Below are positions 1-14,165 of a stretch of DNA of 64,000 bases, piece by piece (within the stretch, counting starts at the first letter, position 1; each line of letters begins with the position of its first letter). Origin of the DNA: Paragordius varius (taxonomy: Eukaryota; Animalia; Nematomorpha); contig OZ176051.1 in the NCBI GenBank assembly GCA_964247055.1, forward strand, positions 9,734,001-9,798,000, given 5' to 3'. The position numbers and the translations under genes were made by a program. The notes under the pieces are model-generated. The model had not been told where the DNA came from, did no database searches, and saw only the letters and a list, made by a program, of their open reading frames with translations.

Positions 1-1203
1 TTAAACGAATTAGGAGAAATAAAATCCGCTTTTGAAATAGATATTTATAAATCTTTTTTTAATTCTAAATATGCTAAAATAGTTATTTTTTTAGATTTTC
101 TCATTGTTAAAAAGAGAAAATAACCTATCTATTAAAACGGAGCCGGAATCCCTGCCAAAAACTTTAAAAAATGAAACCAAACTCTTTTCCTAAAATTTGA
201 TAAAACCCCGATCATTTCTGGTCTCCAAATATTTTTGGATTTTACTGCTGTAGTTCTATTGAAAAAATTCAATAAAACCTAATTGACCAAATTATCTTTT
301 AGGTAAATAAACCTATTGGTGCAACATACTTAAAATTAATTGAACAAAACAGATTAGTTTTTGTTCATTAAGTGTGTGGGAGGTTAAAAGGGAAAAAAAC
401 ATAAGAATCAATTAAAAGCCATTAGATTTAAGTTGCAATTTACATGTCTTTTAAGGTATTTATATTTGGGATATTCCCTTTGATATTCACGAAATATATA
501 CCAACTTAAGAAGGCTTGTACATGCGCTATGTTTATAGATTTACTTAAGTGCTCAACAAATTTTGCATTGCCATTATATTTTTACATAATTTAGAATAAA
601 ATATTACATATAATAATAAATAAAGTGAATGTTATTAATTAAAATACATATATTAGGCGGCCATAAAAAAGATTCCAACCAAACCAATAAAAAAGGCATT
701 AAAGTATATAAATTTGCATTATAATAAAAAAATATTACGAATTACGACAAATTAAATTGCAATAAATTGATCACATGCAAATGCAACCAACACAATATAT
801 GACAAGTTTTTATTAACACTCCATTACCTTTTGGGGTAGTTTTATATCCCAGAGCTGCTTGTCTTAAAAGTATATATGGTATTAGGCTGAATTTAAAATA
901 TGATTTATTTAGCCTTTTAGGCGCATTATAAAAACAATGTTCTAAAAAAATGTATAACTGTTAAAAAAATTCTTTCTTTAAACTTTTTTGCAGCCATTTT
1001 TTTCCTATAAATTTTTTTTCGCCATAATGCAACAGGAAAATAAATGTATATTATGGTTAGAAAATGTAAAAATTATTAAAAAATCTTCCCGGCTACATTT
1101 TACCAGCAAAAACTTGATATATTTTCATTTTATCAGCTCTTCTTTGCAATCTTGGAGGTGTTCCAATTTTAGACTCTAGAAGTAACAATACTGATATAAG
1201 TTA

Positions 1204-1565
1204 TATATACCATTTACAGTTCAAATTCACCCTTAAACAATTCAAATTCACCCTTGAACAATTCAAATTCACCCTTGAACAATTCAAATTCACCCTAAAA
1301 ATAAATTATGTGTTTTCGAACTAATATAACTCATTATTAATATAAAATATACCTTTATGGCATAATTAATTATTTTTTTCAGTATTATTTTAATTTAAAA
1401 CAAAATTTTATTTTTTAAAAATATATTAAAATATAGGTAATTTTTAATCTTAAAAATCATGTTATTTATTTGAGGGTGAATTTGAATTGTTCAAGGGTGA
1501 ATTTGAATTGTTCAAGGGTGAATTTGAATTGTTTAAGGGTGAATTTGAACTGTAAATGGTATATA
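1204..1565. mobile_element. MITE with ~90-bp TIRs, each containing 4 copies of a 21-bp-period subterminal repeat
   Basis: TATATACCATTTACAGTTCAAATTCACCC at the left end is the exact reverse complement of the right end. The unit TTCAAATTCACCCTTGAACAA is repeated in both arms. TA-rich flanks. Related copies at 25281, 26312, 28278 and 28799. Confidence 0.9.
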
Positions 1566-2317
1566 ATACCTGAAAACAAGGTTTAATAATTAATTTTGAC
1601 TAAAACAACTTTCAAAACTGGATTATTTACAAAATGAGCTCTGGATCCCAAAAGGTAAACTAGGACACAAAAGTGAAAGGTAATGGAGTATTAATACATT
1701 CATATTTTAACTTAAAAAAGACCACATTTTTAAAGTATTTAAGGAATGGGATTGGATGTTTTTTCTAACCTTTGGTTTCAATCCTTATTACAATGTCACC
1801 GTTTAATGTTTTAAAATATCATAAATATATTTAATTTGATTTTTTTAGACAAACTTATACAATATATTTTAATATTAACTGAAAAAGATACTGAAAACAA
1901 AAATGTTGGACCCAAAATCATTTTTATGGGACAGTTTTTAATAATATACAGACGACACAACATAATAAAAATGACTTAAAACCAATAATCAATTTGTTTG
2001 TTAAAAATATTTTAAATAGTAACTTATATCATAATGAGCATTTAATAAAAGTTTTAAAGATTAATTTTTTTAACAAAAAAATTCGCATATTAAAACATGA
2101 TATTTCGAAAGATATCACTTAAATAGGGAAAATAAAAAATAATGATGTAAAATGGTATTTTTAATTTTATAACTGACAATCGCAATGATAGAAAAAATCA
2201 ACGGTCAAGATGTATATTTTTTTAAAAACAATAGTATTTACAATATAACGTACAATTCTGTGTTATATATATATATATATATATACATCGATACACTTGA
2301 ATGGGTATGGTCTATCT

Positions 2318-2549
2318 CAGGGAAGTCCAACATAAATGGCTTTTTGGGCCGCATTTCAAAGATATATGGGCATTTAACCATAACACTGTAAAAACATTTT
2401 TTTCTTCGTTCTTGACAATTATATTGACATATTTCGTAAATTTGTGAAAGAAATAATCATTTTACTAAGATTCTGTGAGCATATTTTTTAAAAATTATGG
2501 AGTTCCTAATTTTTCGCGAGTACTCGGAGGGCCGTGTTGGACACCTCTG
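2318..2549. mobile_element. hAT (Buster/Charlie-like) MITE
   Basis: Ends CAGGGAAGTCCAAC ... GTTGGACACCTCTG; 8-bp flanks GTCTATCT/GTCTGTCT (7/8 match, TSD-like). Confidence 0.75.
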
Positions 2550-4996
2550 GTCTGTCTATGAACTGTTAGTAAGTTGCTTGGGTTTCGGATAATTTATTTA
2601 ATTGCCTTATATTAAAATTTCTATACGAAATTATTATTATTATTATTTATTGTATATACTATAATAAAACAAACCATCTTTGTTTAGCAATGTGTGCCGA
2701 GAAACAGTAAAAATTGAAATTATGCAAACAAAACCCATAAACTAAAAGACAAATAATTTTTGAATGAACTACTATATTTTTTAAACATTGGTAAATCCCG
2801 ACATAAAGTATATATTTAATTAAAAATTATTAGCGTTATCTATCTATTCTCTATTTTGCATTATAAACGATGATTTATATGCAAAAAATCAAGGTTTAAA
2901 AATCAACTTGTCTAAAATATGTATCTTTTAAATTTTACTTTTGGTCTGTATCCATTAATGATATTATTAAACGCCCATAATTAATACATTTAATTTTCTA
3001 AAATAATTTTAAATTAGGAAAAACATATTCAATCCATCCTGCCGAGGAATAACCGCCAAGCGGAGCCGAACAAATAGCTTACCATTTTCGTTTCCCCGTT
3101 CATATACTTGGAATGAGTTAAGACAGTACGCATTACATATACCATTTTGTTTTTATCAGGGGAGATCACGATTTGAATACAATTAATGCAATAACCAAAA
3201 AAATTTAAAAAGGATTACATAAATATGTTTTTTTTCTTTGTTTCGATTTTAAGGTTAACCTCATTTTTAATGTTTTATTTATTTTATTTCAAAAAATAAA
3301 AAAATTGTTATAAATTTTTTAGGAGAAAAGTAGCACACAATCAAATCATGCTATTTTAAATTTTTAACATTTCCAATTATTTCGGTTAGTTATAGAGGCA
3401 TTAGAAGCGTATCGCGTGTGAACTTTAAAACCGATAAAACAGAGTCAGTTTTAAATGTATGTTTGGCTGATATCTGATCAGGTATTGTAAAAACGGTTAA
3501 GGAGTCCATCCCTAAAGTAAGGATGTAAAATTTTTTAAGAATTTTATAAAAAAACTACTTGGTTAAACTATTAATAATACTTCCCTAATATTTTATGGCC
3601 GGACGCTTAAAATAGATATATAATGAAAACTGTTGAAGACCTTCTGAACTATTTTACAGCTTTAAATCTAATTTATTTTTTATTTTTAATATAAATATTC
3701 AATTTATATTTTGCGTATATATATAATTACATGTAATATACATTTTGTTTTTATCTATATAATCATAGGATTCATAAAAGCAAGTCCGCTTTACCCATTG
3801 AACTTATACATTTTTCAGGTGAAATTTTTTTTCCTAATTAAATATTTCTCATTTTTTACCTATATTATTTTAGATTATTTTGGAGACGATGATAGCGAGA
3901 ATAATGGAATTTAAATACAACTTCATGCTTAAATTTTTGTATTATTATTAGAGCGTCCTTTTTATAAGTTTTGAATCACATTTTTTATAATTTATACTAT
4001 CACTTTTTTATAATAATAAATGTTTGTGTACAATATTTCTCATACTGTTATGATAACCAGCAAAAGTCGTAACTATAATTTTATATTACTTGACCATTAA
4101 TTTAATATATTGTATGTATAAAATATATATTTTATATTAAATGAATGCGCTGAAGGCAAGCATTACATATTAGCTTCATGGTTTATAACCCATTAAGTAA
4201 ATGAACATTATTCTTTAAATGATTTTTTCCGAAAACGTTTCATAATATGATGTATTATTCTTTATGTTTGGGCTTAAATTTAGCATGACACCCATAAAAT
4301 TGGCACTAGTAAAAATACATATCATTAACACTGTTATTCGAAAAAAGCTAGATGAGAAAGCGTAAAATCCTTGAAAGCGAATTTCGAGATCCTCAATAAT
4401 TTTCATGCCAAAACGCTAAAGTTAGTTTATAACATATATGTAAATGCTTCTTTTTTAAAATTATAGATTAACTCACCTACAATTGTTAGTCGAGGCGATG
4501 CTGAGATCCAGCGCTTTTTTAATTAATTTTTGCATTTAGCCCTACCCCATTTTAAAACAATTTTATCCAAAAAGGTAAGAAAGCCCGAGCATATAAGAGT
4601 TTATTTAATTTGTTATAAATACTTCCATTATTCTAAATCTTTCTTAAAAAGTAAATTTAGTGAATTTTTAGTAATCCGGTAAGTATCATTTACTGGGCCC
4701 GTGGTGTTTAATCATAAATTCTTCCTAAAATAGCAGTCGAGAGTTTTTATATTTCCTGGGGTTTACTTTACTCAAAAGCGATTTAAAAATAACTTAGAAA
4801 TTGGTTTTTTAATTACAATATCATAAGATTAATGTATATATATGTGATTTGTTTATTAAACTAAATATTTTGCAATATATAATTGTCGATACCATTTTAT
4901 ACGTATTGAGTTACCCGTAAATAAATCATTTTCATCGTTTATCCAAGTTTAAGAATATTATGAATTCAAACTTTGTCAATACATATATATTTAAAG

Positions 4997-6135
4997 CAGG
5001 GGTGTCCAACGCACATCGTGGACCACATTGAACCCCAAACGCCGTCCGTATCACTACAAATCGCTATTTGAACTATCAAAGCGAGTGGTCCGAATTTAAT
5101 GTCTATAGAAATACTTTAAACTGCAATATTTTGGATAAATAATTTCGATTATAGTTCTTAATGAGATCATTTTTTGGTAATATCGTTTTTGACGGTTTAA
5201 ACTTAGGATCTTTAAGCACATTGAGCAAAATGATACGCGAAAATTGGTTTAGCTGTTTCATTTTGACACCAAGTTTTTTGTTCACGATGACATGAAGGGG
5301 TAGTTATTGACCACAGGTCTTCAAGTAATAAACCAATTGTTGTTTTGAAAGTTGTTTTGGATAAAAATTCAACTACCACTCTTTTTGTATCAGATAAAAA
5401 ACATTGGAATTCCTACAGGTAAGTGCTAAAATCCCAAATTTAAAGGCTCAACGCGATTTAAACAAACAGCTGATATATCACAATAAAACTAAAGATTTGC
5501 TAACGACGGCAATTCAAAGGTCTTTTAATGTTAATTATTAATAATATATACAGTTTTTGTCAGTTTTATTCACAATTTAAGAAAAAAAAATGAAAATAAG
5601 GATTTTTACAATTATATATTTTTGAAAAAAAATTGTACATTCTCCTAAAAAAGCTATCATATTTTTAAATTTGACCTAATCAAAATCTATTTAAATTCTA
5701 AATGGCGGGGTATGAAACTACCCAAAAGGTTAAATAATTTATTAGGGGCCAACATAAATAGCTGTGCGGGCCGCACTCAAAAACAAACAGGCGCGTATGG
5801 GCCATAAAAAACAAATATATGTTCTTTTATCATTGGAGTGTACAAATTTTAGAGCACACAATAAGCACTTATATCAACAATATTCAAAATTTAAAAATTA
5901 AATTTTCAATGGAAATCTAATATATCATTATATATAAACTACAAACACAATTCAATTTTGAATTATTGAAACATGTACTAAATAATTATATTTTTGATAA
6001 AAGATTTATATTCAATTTTATTTATATAACATGTTGAAGATATTTGTTTGAAATTATGTAATTCAATTTTTTGGTATGGTACAATATTTTTGTAAACGGC
6101 TCCAAGAGTCTCGTAGGGCCGGGTCTTGGGCACTG
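4997..6135. mobile_element. Degenerate hAT (Buster-like) non-autonomous element; right end uncertain
   Basis: Left end CAGGGGTGTCCAAC is shared with the MITE family. Candidate right end TTGGGCACTG; flanks ATTTAAAG/ATTCATAG (6/8). Confidence 0.4.
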
Positions 6136-7614
6136 ATTCATAGTGATAAAAATATTGAGGCTTGTGGTTTTTCGATGTAATATGTATGTGTTAAAAGCTT
6201 TTACAAATTTAATATAATATTTATTTTAGCAGGATAAGGATTCGTATTTAGGGGTTAGGATAAACTTTTGCACAAATTAGGAAAAAGGGTTATGGTTAAC
6301 TTTGTTTCAAATATAATGCTATTAATCAAATTAACTTTATATCAATAATAAATCCATGGAAAAAGATTCTAATATTCAAAAGAGATAATTAACAGTCCAT
6401 GACCTTTTAGGGTATTTTAGAGCTATTTAAAATTTAATATCTTAAAAATAAATAAGGCTTCACACTGAATTTAATGCTTTCTTTAGCCTTTTAGGGGCAT
6501 TTTAACTCAAACTTTTCGCCGCCATTTTTTCCTTATAGTTTGTGACTATTGTAACAAGCTACTAATAACCAAATTTTGACAAAAAAATTATATTTTATAA
6601 AAAGGATACTTTTTTAAAAATTTGGTTATTAGCGAAATTGTAGCGTACTTCTTACTAATTTGATGTATGAGGGAAACGGTATAAAACAAGTTAATCACTC
6701 TATATAATTCGATAATGCCGAACATTTCTATAGCACAGAATTTTTAGTAAAATGTCTTCATATTTATGTCAAATTTATTATGAGTTTTTTGCAGAAAATC
6801 AGATGAACCTTTATTTAAAACTGAAGCGATAGATATGTTCAGAAGTTCAAATTATAAAGAAAAAGTGTTTTGATATATAAAAGCGTTTCTATTCTTCCAT
6901 CATGCTTTAGTATGAGATACGCTTCAACAAAATTTTACTAAAAATTAAATTATATAGGTGTATAAAATCTTTTTTATGTATTTAGTATATATTTAATTTT
7001 TCGCATAATTAAGGCATTTTTGAGTTTATTGAAAGAGGTTGCGGATTTAAGATAACCGAAATCGGGAATTTAGGTTTCTAATTAAATTTTATAATTTTGT
7101 TTTGTATGCATGAGATATTATTAAAAAAATCTGCGAAAGTTTTTTCTTTTTATAATATGGAGCACTTATTACAAAAGCGTCAACAACGTTCTTTTACTCC
7201 TACAGACCTAAACAAAAGCACCATGATAATTTTGATACATTTTCATATAAAATTATACATACAGCAAGTCGTTTTTATACTTCCCCCACCTGATTTTGGA
7301 GGGATAAATGTTTTATAATTAGATATACAACAAATAATTAATTTTAAAAAGCTCTCAGGCTATATTTTAGCAGTAAAATATTTTAATATCAGCTGTTGGT
7401 TAATCGTGTTTTGGAAATGTCCCAACTTTAGACTCTACAAGTCACACAACTGTAAATAATGAATCAACTAATACATCAGGACAACGTGTGTAAATTAATA
7501 TTTACTTAAATAACATTTAAAACTATACTTTATTATAAAGAGGATGCTGGGGGGAAAACAAACCCAATGCGTAAACTAGGACAAAAAAGTGACTTATAGG
7601 GGATTACCAGTTTA

Positions 7615-8745
7615 CACTTGAATACAAAACACTCATTTTAGTCCTTCGATTCAAATTGGGCTAGTTGGATACCCCAGGCCTGTAAATCTAATACTTTAAA
7701 AAGTATGGAAGGAAACTGAAACCATGGCAAAATCTTGCACTTATATGACAATAATAAACCGAAATATATAAAAAATTGTATTCAAAAATACATGATATTT
7801 TGTTTTTAATTTAAAACCGAAAGGTATAAATTTCGCCAACGTGACATGTGTGAAATGGTAAAATAAAAATTATACAAAATAAATCCCTTTTTCTATACAT
7901 AAAGCTGGAAGTAATTAACACTTCGATTCAAATTGGGGTATCTACATACCCCAGACTAAATTTAAATTAATATTTTTGAAAAACTACTGAAGGAAACGGT
8001 CCCAATTTAAATTTATGCTTTTATCCTGATAAATATTATATAAATATGCCAAAACATCTTGATACAATTTTGATTTAAAACAAGCTCCATCTCAAACTAC
8101 TTCGACGCCATTTTTATTTTACAAAATTTTTGCAAAATATCGTCTTTATTTAATTTTAAGGGTAAAACTAAAGTTTTTTATATAAATTACATTAACATTG
8201 ATAGAAATAGAAAAAGCGGTTTAGTTTGTATAATTTTTCATTTTTACAATTTGACACATGTCACGTTGACGAAATTTTTATCTTTCGGTTTTAGCTTAAA
8301 ATAAGTAATATCAAGTATTTTTGAATAAAATTTTTTATATATATCGGTTTATTAATGTTAGATAAGTGCAAAATTTTGCCATGGTTTCGATTCCTTCTAT
8401 ATTTTTTAAAGAATTTAATTTTAAACAGGCCTGAGGTATCTAACTACCCCAATTTGAATCGAAGGACTAAAATGAGTGTGTTGTATCCAAGTGTTAAATA
8501 AAATATGAGCCTTAATTTTACCCTTAAAATTAAATGAAGACGATATTTTGCAAAAATTTTATAAAAATAAAAATGGCGTTTAAGTATTTAACATGGAACT
8601 TTTTTTTCACAACAAAATTTTATATAGATATTTTGGCTTATTTATATAACTTTCATGCGGATAAACCCCTAATTGGGACCGTTTCCTTTAGTATTTTAAT
8701 ACTAACATTAATTATGTCTGAATTACCTCAATTTGAATCGAAGTG
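7615..8745. mobile_element. TTAA-type (piggyBac-like) MITE, outer copy, interrupted by an inverted copy of the same family
   Basis: Ends CACTTGAATAC...GAATCGAAGTG. The halves 7615-7914 and 8498-8745 join to match the uninterrupted copy at 23017-23589. Confidence 0.8.
7919..8493. mobile_element. TTAA-type MITE, inner copy inserted in opposite orientation
   Basis: TTAA at 7915-7918 and 8494-8497; ends CACTTCGATTCAAATTGGGG ... GTATCCAAGTG. Confidence 0.85.
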
Positions 8746-8799
8746 GTAAATTATGAATTAAATGATTGCCGTTTTGTCATTATTTCAGGTCAAAACCAT

Positions 8800-9251
8800 A
8801 TGGAAGTAGTTGAGGATTGCAATGCATTGCTTAGCAACTGGGAAGTCTATGATCTTTTAAACGATCAGAAAAACAAACATTTTAAAAAGTCTAACGGTCA
8901 GTTAGCATCCACTATTGCTTATGAAACTCTGCAATACATGAAAGAATCACATATAGCTAATTTAGACAAAAACAAAATCCAAAATTTTATTACGGCTTTA
9001 AAACCATTTAATCTAACGAAAGCGGAAAAACTTACTTTACTTAATTTATGTCCTTCATCTCCTGTGGAGATACAATTGGTATTTTTTTTATTTTTAGTCC
9101 ATAATTGTTTTTTGATCTAATATATTTTATTACATTTATATAATAAAATTGTATCGTAAAAATATATTAGATAATCGAAGAAAGCGAAGAGCGGTTGACA
9201 GAGCACCAAGTTGAAGAATTGTTAAACATAATTCAACAATATTTGAAATAA
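8800..9251 (+). CDS. CRCP: RNA polymerase III subunit RPC9 / CGRP receptor component protein; exons 8800-9078 and 9171-9251
   Basis: Spliced peptide MEVVEDCNALLSNWEVYDLL...TIAYETLQY...LTKAEKLTLLNLCPSSPVEIQL|IIEESEERLTEHQVEELL matches the RPC9 motifs LSNYEV, LTKAEKL, VEIQL, EESEERL; GT-AG intron. Confidence 0.92.
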
Positions 9252-11219
9252 TATAATACCTTTATTTGTAAATTATAAGACATTTTTTATATTAGTCGAC
9301 ATCATTAGCAAATCAATTTCCTACAAAAATATTGATACTCAAGCACTTTTTTTTGTATCAAGGTGTATTTACCAGGGGCGCAGCTTTAGTTTTGTGCTAG
9401 TTAAACGCTTTTGGTTAAAAATTTCCTTGGAAAGTAATAAAAATCATTATTTAGTCCATATTGTCAATTCCGAATACTTCCAATCCACATTATATTATCA
9501 TAAATAGGACTCTTACCAGGGCTGATTAAAAAAGCGTTGATATTTCGCTTTTATAAGATTTCTAAAATTCTAAATCCTGTGTTCCCGTGATTTTCCGATA
9601 TTTTCTAAGCCACATCTGTTTTATGGATGGTGGGCCCTCCTGTTAATTAAAACCTACAGACGTAATGCCTTCAAAATATTCTGAAACAACTAGATCAACT
9701 CAGTTCCAAAATCAAATCCTGTGACTTATTTAGAGTGTGGGGCTATAACCAGGGGTTATTTTTTTAAGAAAAACAATGTGCTAAAATTGCTCCTTTATAC
9801 AATCATAAATCCATATGTGTTTGAGTTTCCCGCAAATTTTTAAAGCCACTTAACTTTTATATCTTGGCCTAATACAGAGAGTAAAGCCCTACCCATCGGC
9901 AAATTTATAAACGCATGGCTAAATTTTTTTAATCGAATTTAACTTTTTATATATATGTTATTAGGTGTTTTCCGAAATTCCCTATATGGTGGCTTATTTA
10001 ACAAAGAGTAAAAAACTATCCTGTACTTTCATTTGAGTAAAGCGCTCAATTATGTTTTTGCCTTAATTCAGGAAAAACTGAACCATTTCTGAATATGTAG
10101 GTTCCTTGTTTTTTTAATATTTGCTTTAAAAACATGTTGTCATACAATGGCGCATTTAGATTTAGGACCCTACCCAACGGCTGAACTGATGGTATAAAAA
10201 TGCTTTTATGTATAAAATAAATAAAAATCTATGAATTGTTATCATAAAACTGGGGATTGCTGGGATTATTATATTTCATAAACATTTCTAACTAAGGGAG
10301 CGGCTAAATACACAGGACGTAATTCAAATATTAAGCCGTCCGCGCTTAAAAGATTAAAAAATACTGAATTCGAATAGGTCCATATGTTTTTTGGAAAAGT
10401 TACATAAAGACAAGACTGAGGACTTTCTTCTAAAAACCTTGTTAGGCTTTTTGCATTCTGAACCGAGGGTATATTCCAAAATTGGCTTGCGTCATTTATA
10501 AATAATTAAATTTCTTTTATATGAAAAGGCACCTAGAAGTTTTCCGGTTATTTCAACAGCACTCTACATTTTAATTGATATATGCCCAAATGCATCATGA
10601 GAATTCAGAATTTTTAAATCAAATATATGGGTTTTTATCAAGACATTCCTTTGCACCCCTAATTTTGTGGTTATAAAAATGGAACTACAACCGTAACCAA
10701 AATTAATTCTGCCAAAATCTCCTTAAAATGGAATCCGGACCCGATCAAAAGCCGTTTATTTTCTCAAAAATTGGTTAAACAACACCGGCTCGATTCAATC
10801 CTTGATGTAATTTATCGTATTCGTTTATTTTTGACATTATACATGTATGACATTTCATTTTTTTCGAACATGAGTTTAGTCTTTTTCTGAGTCTAACTTT
10901 AGAATCATGTTGGTATGAAATTTGACGAAATATAAATATTAAATCTATACTCTACGCTTACTTTTTTCACATTAGTCATTTCTGATACTGCTTCAGAAAT
11001 GAAATAGCAAGGCTACAGGCCTCTTTTTGAATATTTTTTTGCCACTATATATAAGGTGACGAGATTTTTTGTAGGAAAAAGCGGGAAAAATCTAAGAAGG
11101 GGGGGGGGTCATTGGGGGGTACAACCAAAAATTTTTATACAAAAAATTTATTATTTATTTATTTTTAACACAAATATTATAAATATAAAAAATTTGTACC
11201 TCACAGGCTGTTTGTACCT

Positions 11220-12010
11220 TATTCAATAAATTTACATGTGCACGAACAAAGGGTGAAGTGATTGTAATATTCTAGAAAAAAATAATAAAGACGAAATCAT
11301 CACAAAGTGCGCTGGGTGATGCAAGAAGCGGCACAAAAAATATTTTTAACAATTTAGCGAATAATCTTAATCAAAACATATTGGCAGATACACAATGCTA
11401 TTCAAACAGCTACTGATTTGTTACCTTTGGATGTGAAAAATATAGATGTTAAAATGCTTGGATATTGTAGAACTGTTGGTTAGCTCTTTTGCCAGCCATT
11501 GAAATATTTATAAAAATGTGATCTCCTAGAATCCTATTTTTTATCACAGGACAAAAGTCAAAATTCCAAGTCAAAAAAGGTTAGAAAATAATTTTATACC
11601 ATTACCTAATCGCAATATTATAAAGCATCCAGAAAAACAAGGCTCAATGTATAGCCAGAATATAAAAATGATTTTACAAACAGAAACGATTATTTGGAAG
11701 ACAAGACGTTGTAATGACACTTTTTTATATTAAATAAATATATGAATGAAAACTTATATTATGGACAACAGGAAAAAATACGTAGGATAGAAATGGTTAA
11801 AATAATCATTTTTAACAAATTATGTTCCATAAAATAATATAATTGTAGTATTTGCATTATCTTTCCCTAAACCACTGCTATTGAACGCGTTTTTCCACAG
11901 TAAAGTAAGTAAGGACACGGAATCAAATTTAAATGTTGAATAAAAGCCATTTTATGTGTTCAAATATAATTTGACAAATTGAAGACTTATACAATATTTA
12001 AAGTAATTTT
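11220..12010 (+). pseudogene. Heavily degraded hAT transposase remnant
   Basis: Fragments KFTCARTKGE, HNAIQTATDLLP, WLALLPAI, IERVF, with many stops and deletions. Confidence 0.7.
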
Positions 12011-12059
12011 GTTAATTTTTTAACATAAAAACTTTATAAATATAACAAAATATTTTATT

Positions 12060-13800
12060 TTTTGGTATATTTTTTGAGTGAATGCGTTTTAGCAGATTGT
12101 CATCATTTTAAATATTGTAGAAGTCAAGAATTTGTCAAATTATTTTTGACAGATAAAACGGCCTTTAAAGTTTCAACATTTAAATTTGATTTTTCCGATG
12201 TCCACACCTGATTTACTGTGGAAAAAACACGCTCAGTAGCAGCGTTGGTTCCAGGTAAAGATAGTGCGAATCCACGATTTTTAAAATATTATTGTATGTA
12301 ATATAGGCTTCAAAATGATGAAATATTTCCAACCATTTCTTTTCTACTGTATATTTTTCTTTTGTCCATAATTTAAGTTTTTCATTATTAACATATCTAT
12401 TAATGATACTTCAGAAAAAAGATCATTTTCTGAAAGATTACTTTTTGAAAATTTTTGGGAGCATATATAATCAAATGATTTTTGAACATTGCACCAATTA
12501 AATTCTGATTATAATGTTATCCAATGAAAATGATCAATTTCATTGAATTGCGTCGTCCAGTCTTCCAAATAATCTTTACAGGTTGTATAAAACATTTTTA
12601 TATGGTACAGGATATCTTGGCGATTTATTAAGCCTTGTTTTTCTAAATTATTTATTATATTGCGGATGGTTAATGGTATAAAATTATTTTCTAACCGTTC
12701 TTGACATTGGAATTTTAGGTTACTAACTTCATTGGCTACTTCGATTGCCGAAATTTTGTCACCCTCTATAAATTTAATAACATTTTTAAAGAGAGAAGCT
12801 TGATTATGTAAGAATTCTAACTATATTTTTGAAGAATCACTTTCAAAAAACTTTTTTAAAGTTGTAGGACATTTGTCATGTGATAAAAAAATTTTTTAAA
12901 GGATCATACATTTCATTCTTTCGATAGCTGGCATAAAAGCTAACCAACGAGTTTTACAATATCCAAGCATTTTTTGATATTGAACTTCTGCATTTTCACC
13001 TAAGCGTTTCAACACGTACCGTGTATATATAAAAATAGAAATATATTTTAACAACTACATTTTCCACATCTAGGGGTAACAAATCAGCAGCTGTTTGAAT
13101 AGCGTTGTGTATTATATGCGCTGCACACCCAACGCCAATAATGTTTTGATTAAGATTATCTGTTAATTTATGAAATATATTTTTGTTCCCCTCCTTGCTT
13201 TTCCACCAAAGTTCTTATTGGTGTTGTCAGCGCAATATGCGATAGTTTTGTCTTTTAAATTATTTTCTAGAATATGCATTATTGAAGTAAATATTATTTC
13301 GGAATTTTCACCGGGTAGAGAAATTAAATCTAAATTTTAATTTTTACTCCGGTTTCTGAATCAAAATATCTTATCAAAGTGGGAAATAATTTTGTTTCAT
13401 GGTGATTTGATGCATCAGAGTATAGGGATAAGAAATAAATTTTCAGCAAATCTTTTTGATTTTCAGAAAATGCATGTGGCAAAAGGACATTGCACACAAT
13501 GGCTCCAGCCTTTGTGCGGGCACTATAAATTTTTTATGGAATAACGTGCGAATAACCTGTGAGGTACAGTCCATAGATCTAAAGGAATGATTGTGATTGA
13601 AAAGATAACACGCCCTCAGCTAGTGCCAAATTCTTTTCTTCCTCTCCAAAAGCGGTTTTTCGAAAAAAATCGCTCATTTTGTAAGATGATGCCGCCATAT
13701 CTAAACATTTTTTATGTTTCTGTGTTTCCATATGCTTTGTAATATCATGCTTGCCGCCATATGCTAAGGTGAATTCCCCCTCGCCTATAAGACATTTAAC
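12060..13800 (-). pseudogene. Degraded hAT transposase with C-terminal dimerization motif
   Basis: Minus-strand IGVGCAAHIIHNAIQTAADL, KTRWLAFMPAI, FALSLPGTNAATERVFSTVNQVWTSEKSNLNVETLKAVL (hATC-type motif). Confidence 0.8.
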
Positions 13801-13895
13801 AGATGATTCATTCTTTGTTTTTTTAATAAAAGGAAAATCTTTGATTAATTCATTGTTGACTACAACTTCTTTTTGTGCTCATATTTATAAACTAC

Positions 13896-14165
13896 TATTA
13901 GTATAATAAATATTATATTACCTTAATTTTCTATAAACATGTAAGGTACCGATTTGTGGTATCAATTTGTCTTTTAAGCTACCGATTTGTGGTATTAATT
14001 TGGCTTTTTAATAATGTTGGCAAGTAATAAATCTAAAATATTAGTATAATAAATATTATATTACCTTAATTTTCTGGAATAAACGTGTAAGGTGCCGATT
14101 TGTGGCAAATTTGTCTTATAATCTAGAGATTTGTGGTATAACTTGGCTTTTTGATAATGATGACA
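13896..14165. repeat. ~143-bp tandem duplication in the hAT subterminal region
   Basis: TATTAGTATAATAAATATTATATTACCTTAATTTTCT...GATTTGTGG starts at 13896 and again at 14039. Confidence 0.8.

Noticed and set aside
1220-1550. 21-bp periodic repeats resembling a CRISPR array
   Set aside because: No unique spacers; the repeats are mirrored in both arms of a TIR element; eukaryotic context with no cas genes.
4215-4406. Ionotropic-receptor M3-like helix (IFTSANF)
   Set aside because: The similarity to SYTANL is too weak, and no other receptor exons could be joined.
8743-8799. Track ORF N-terminal extension of CRCP (MVNYELNDC...)
   Set aside because: It starts on a GTG at the MITE terminus and runs through a TTTCAG acceptor; homology begins at MEV (8800).
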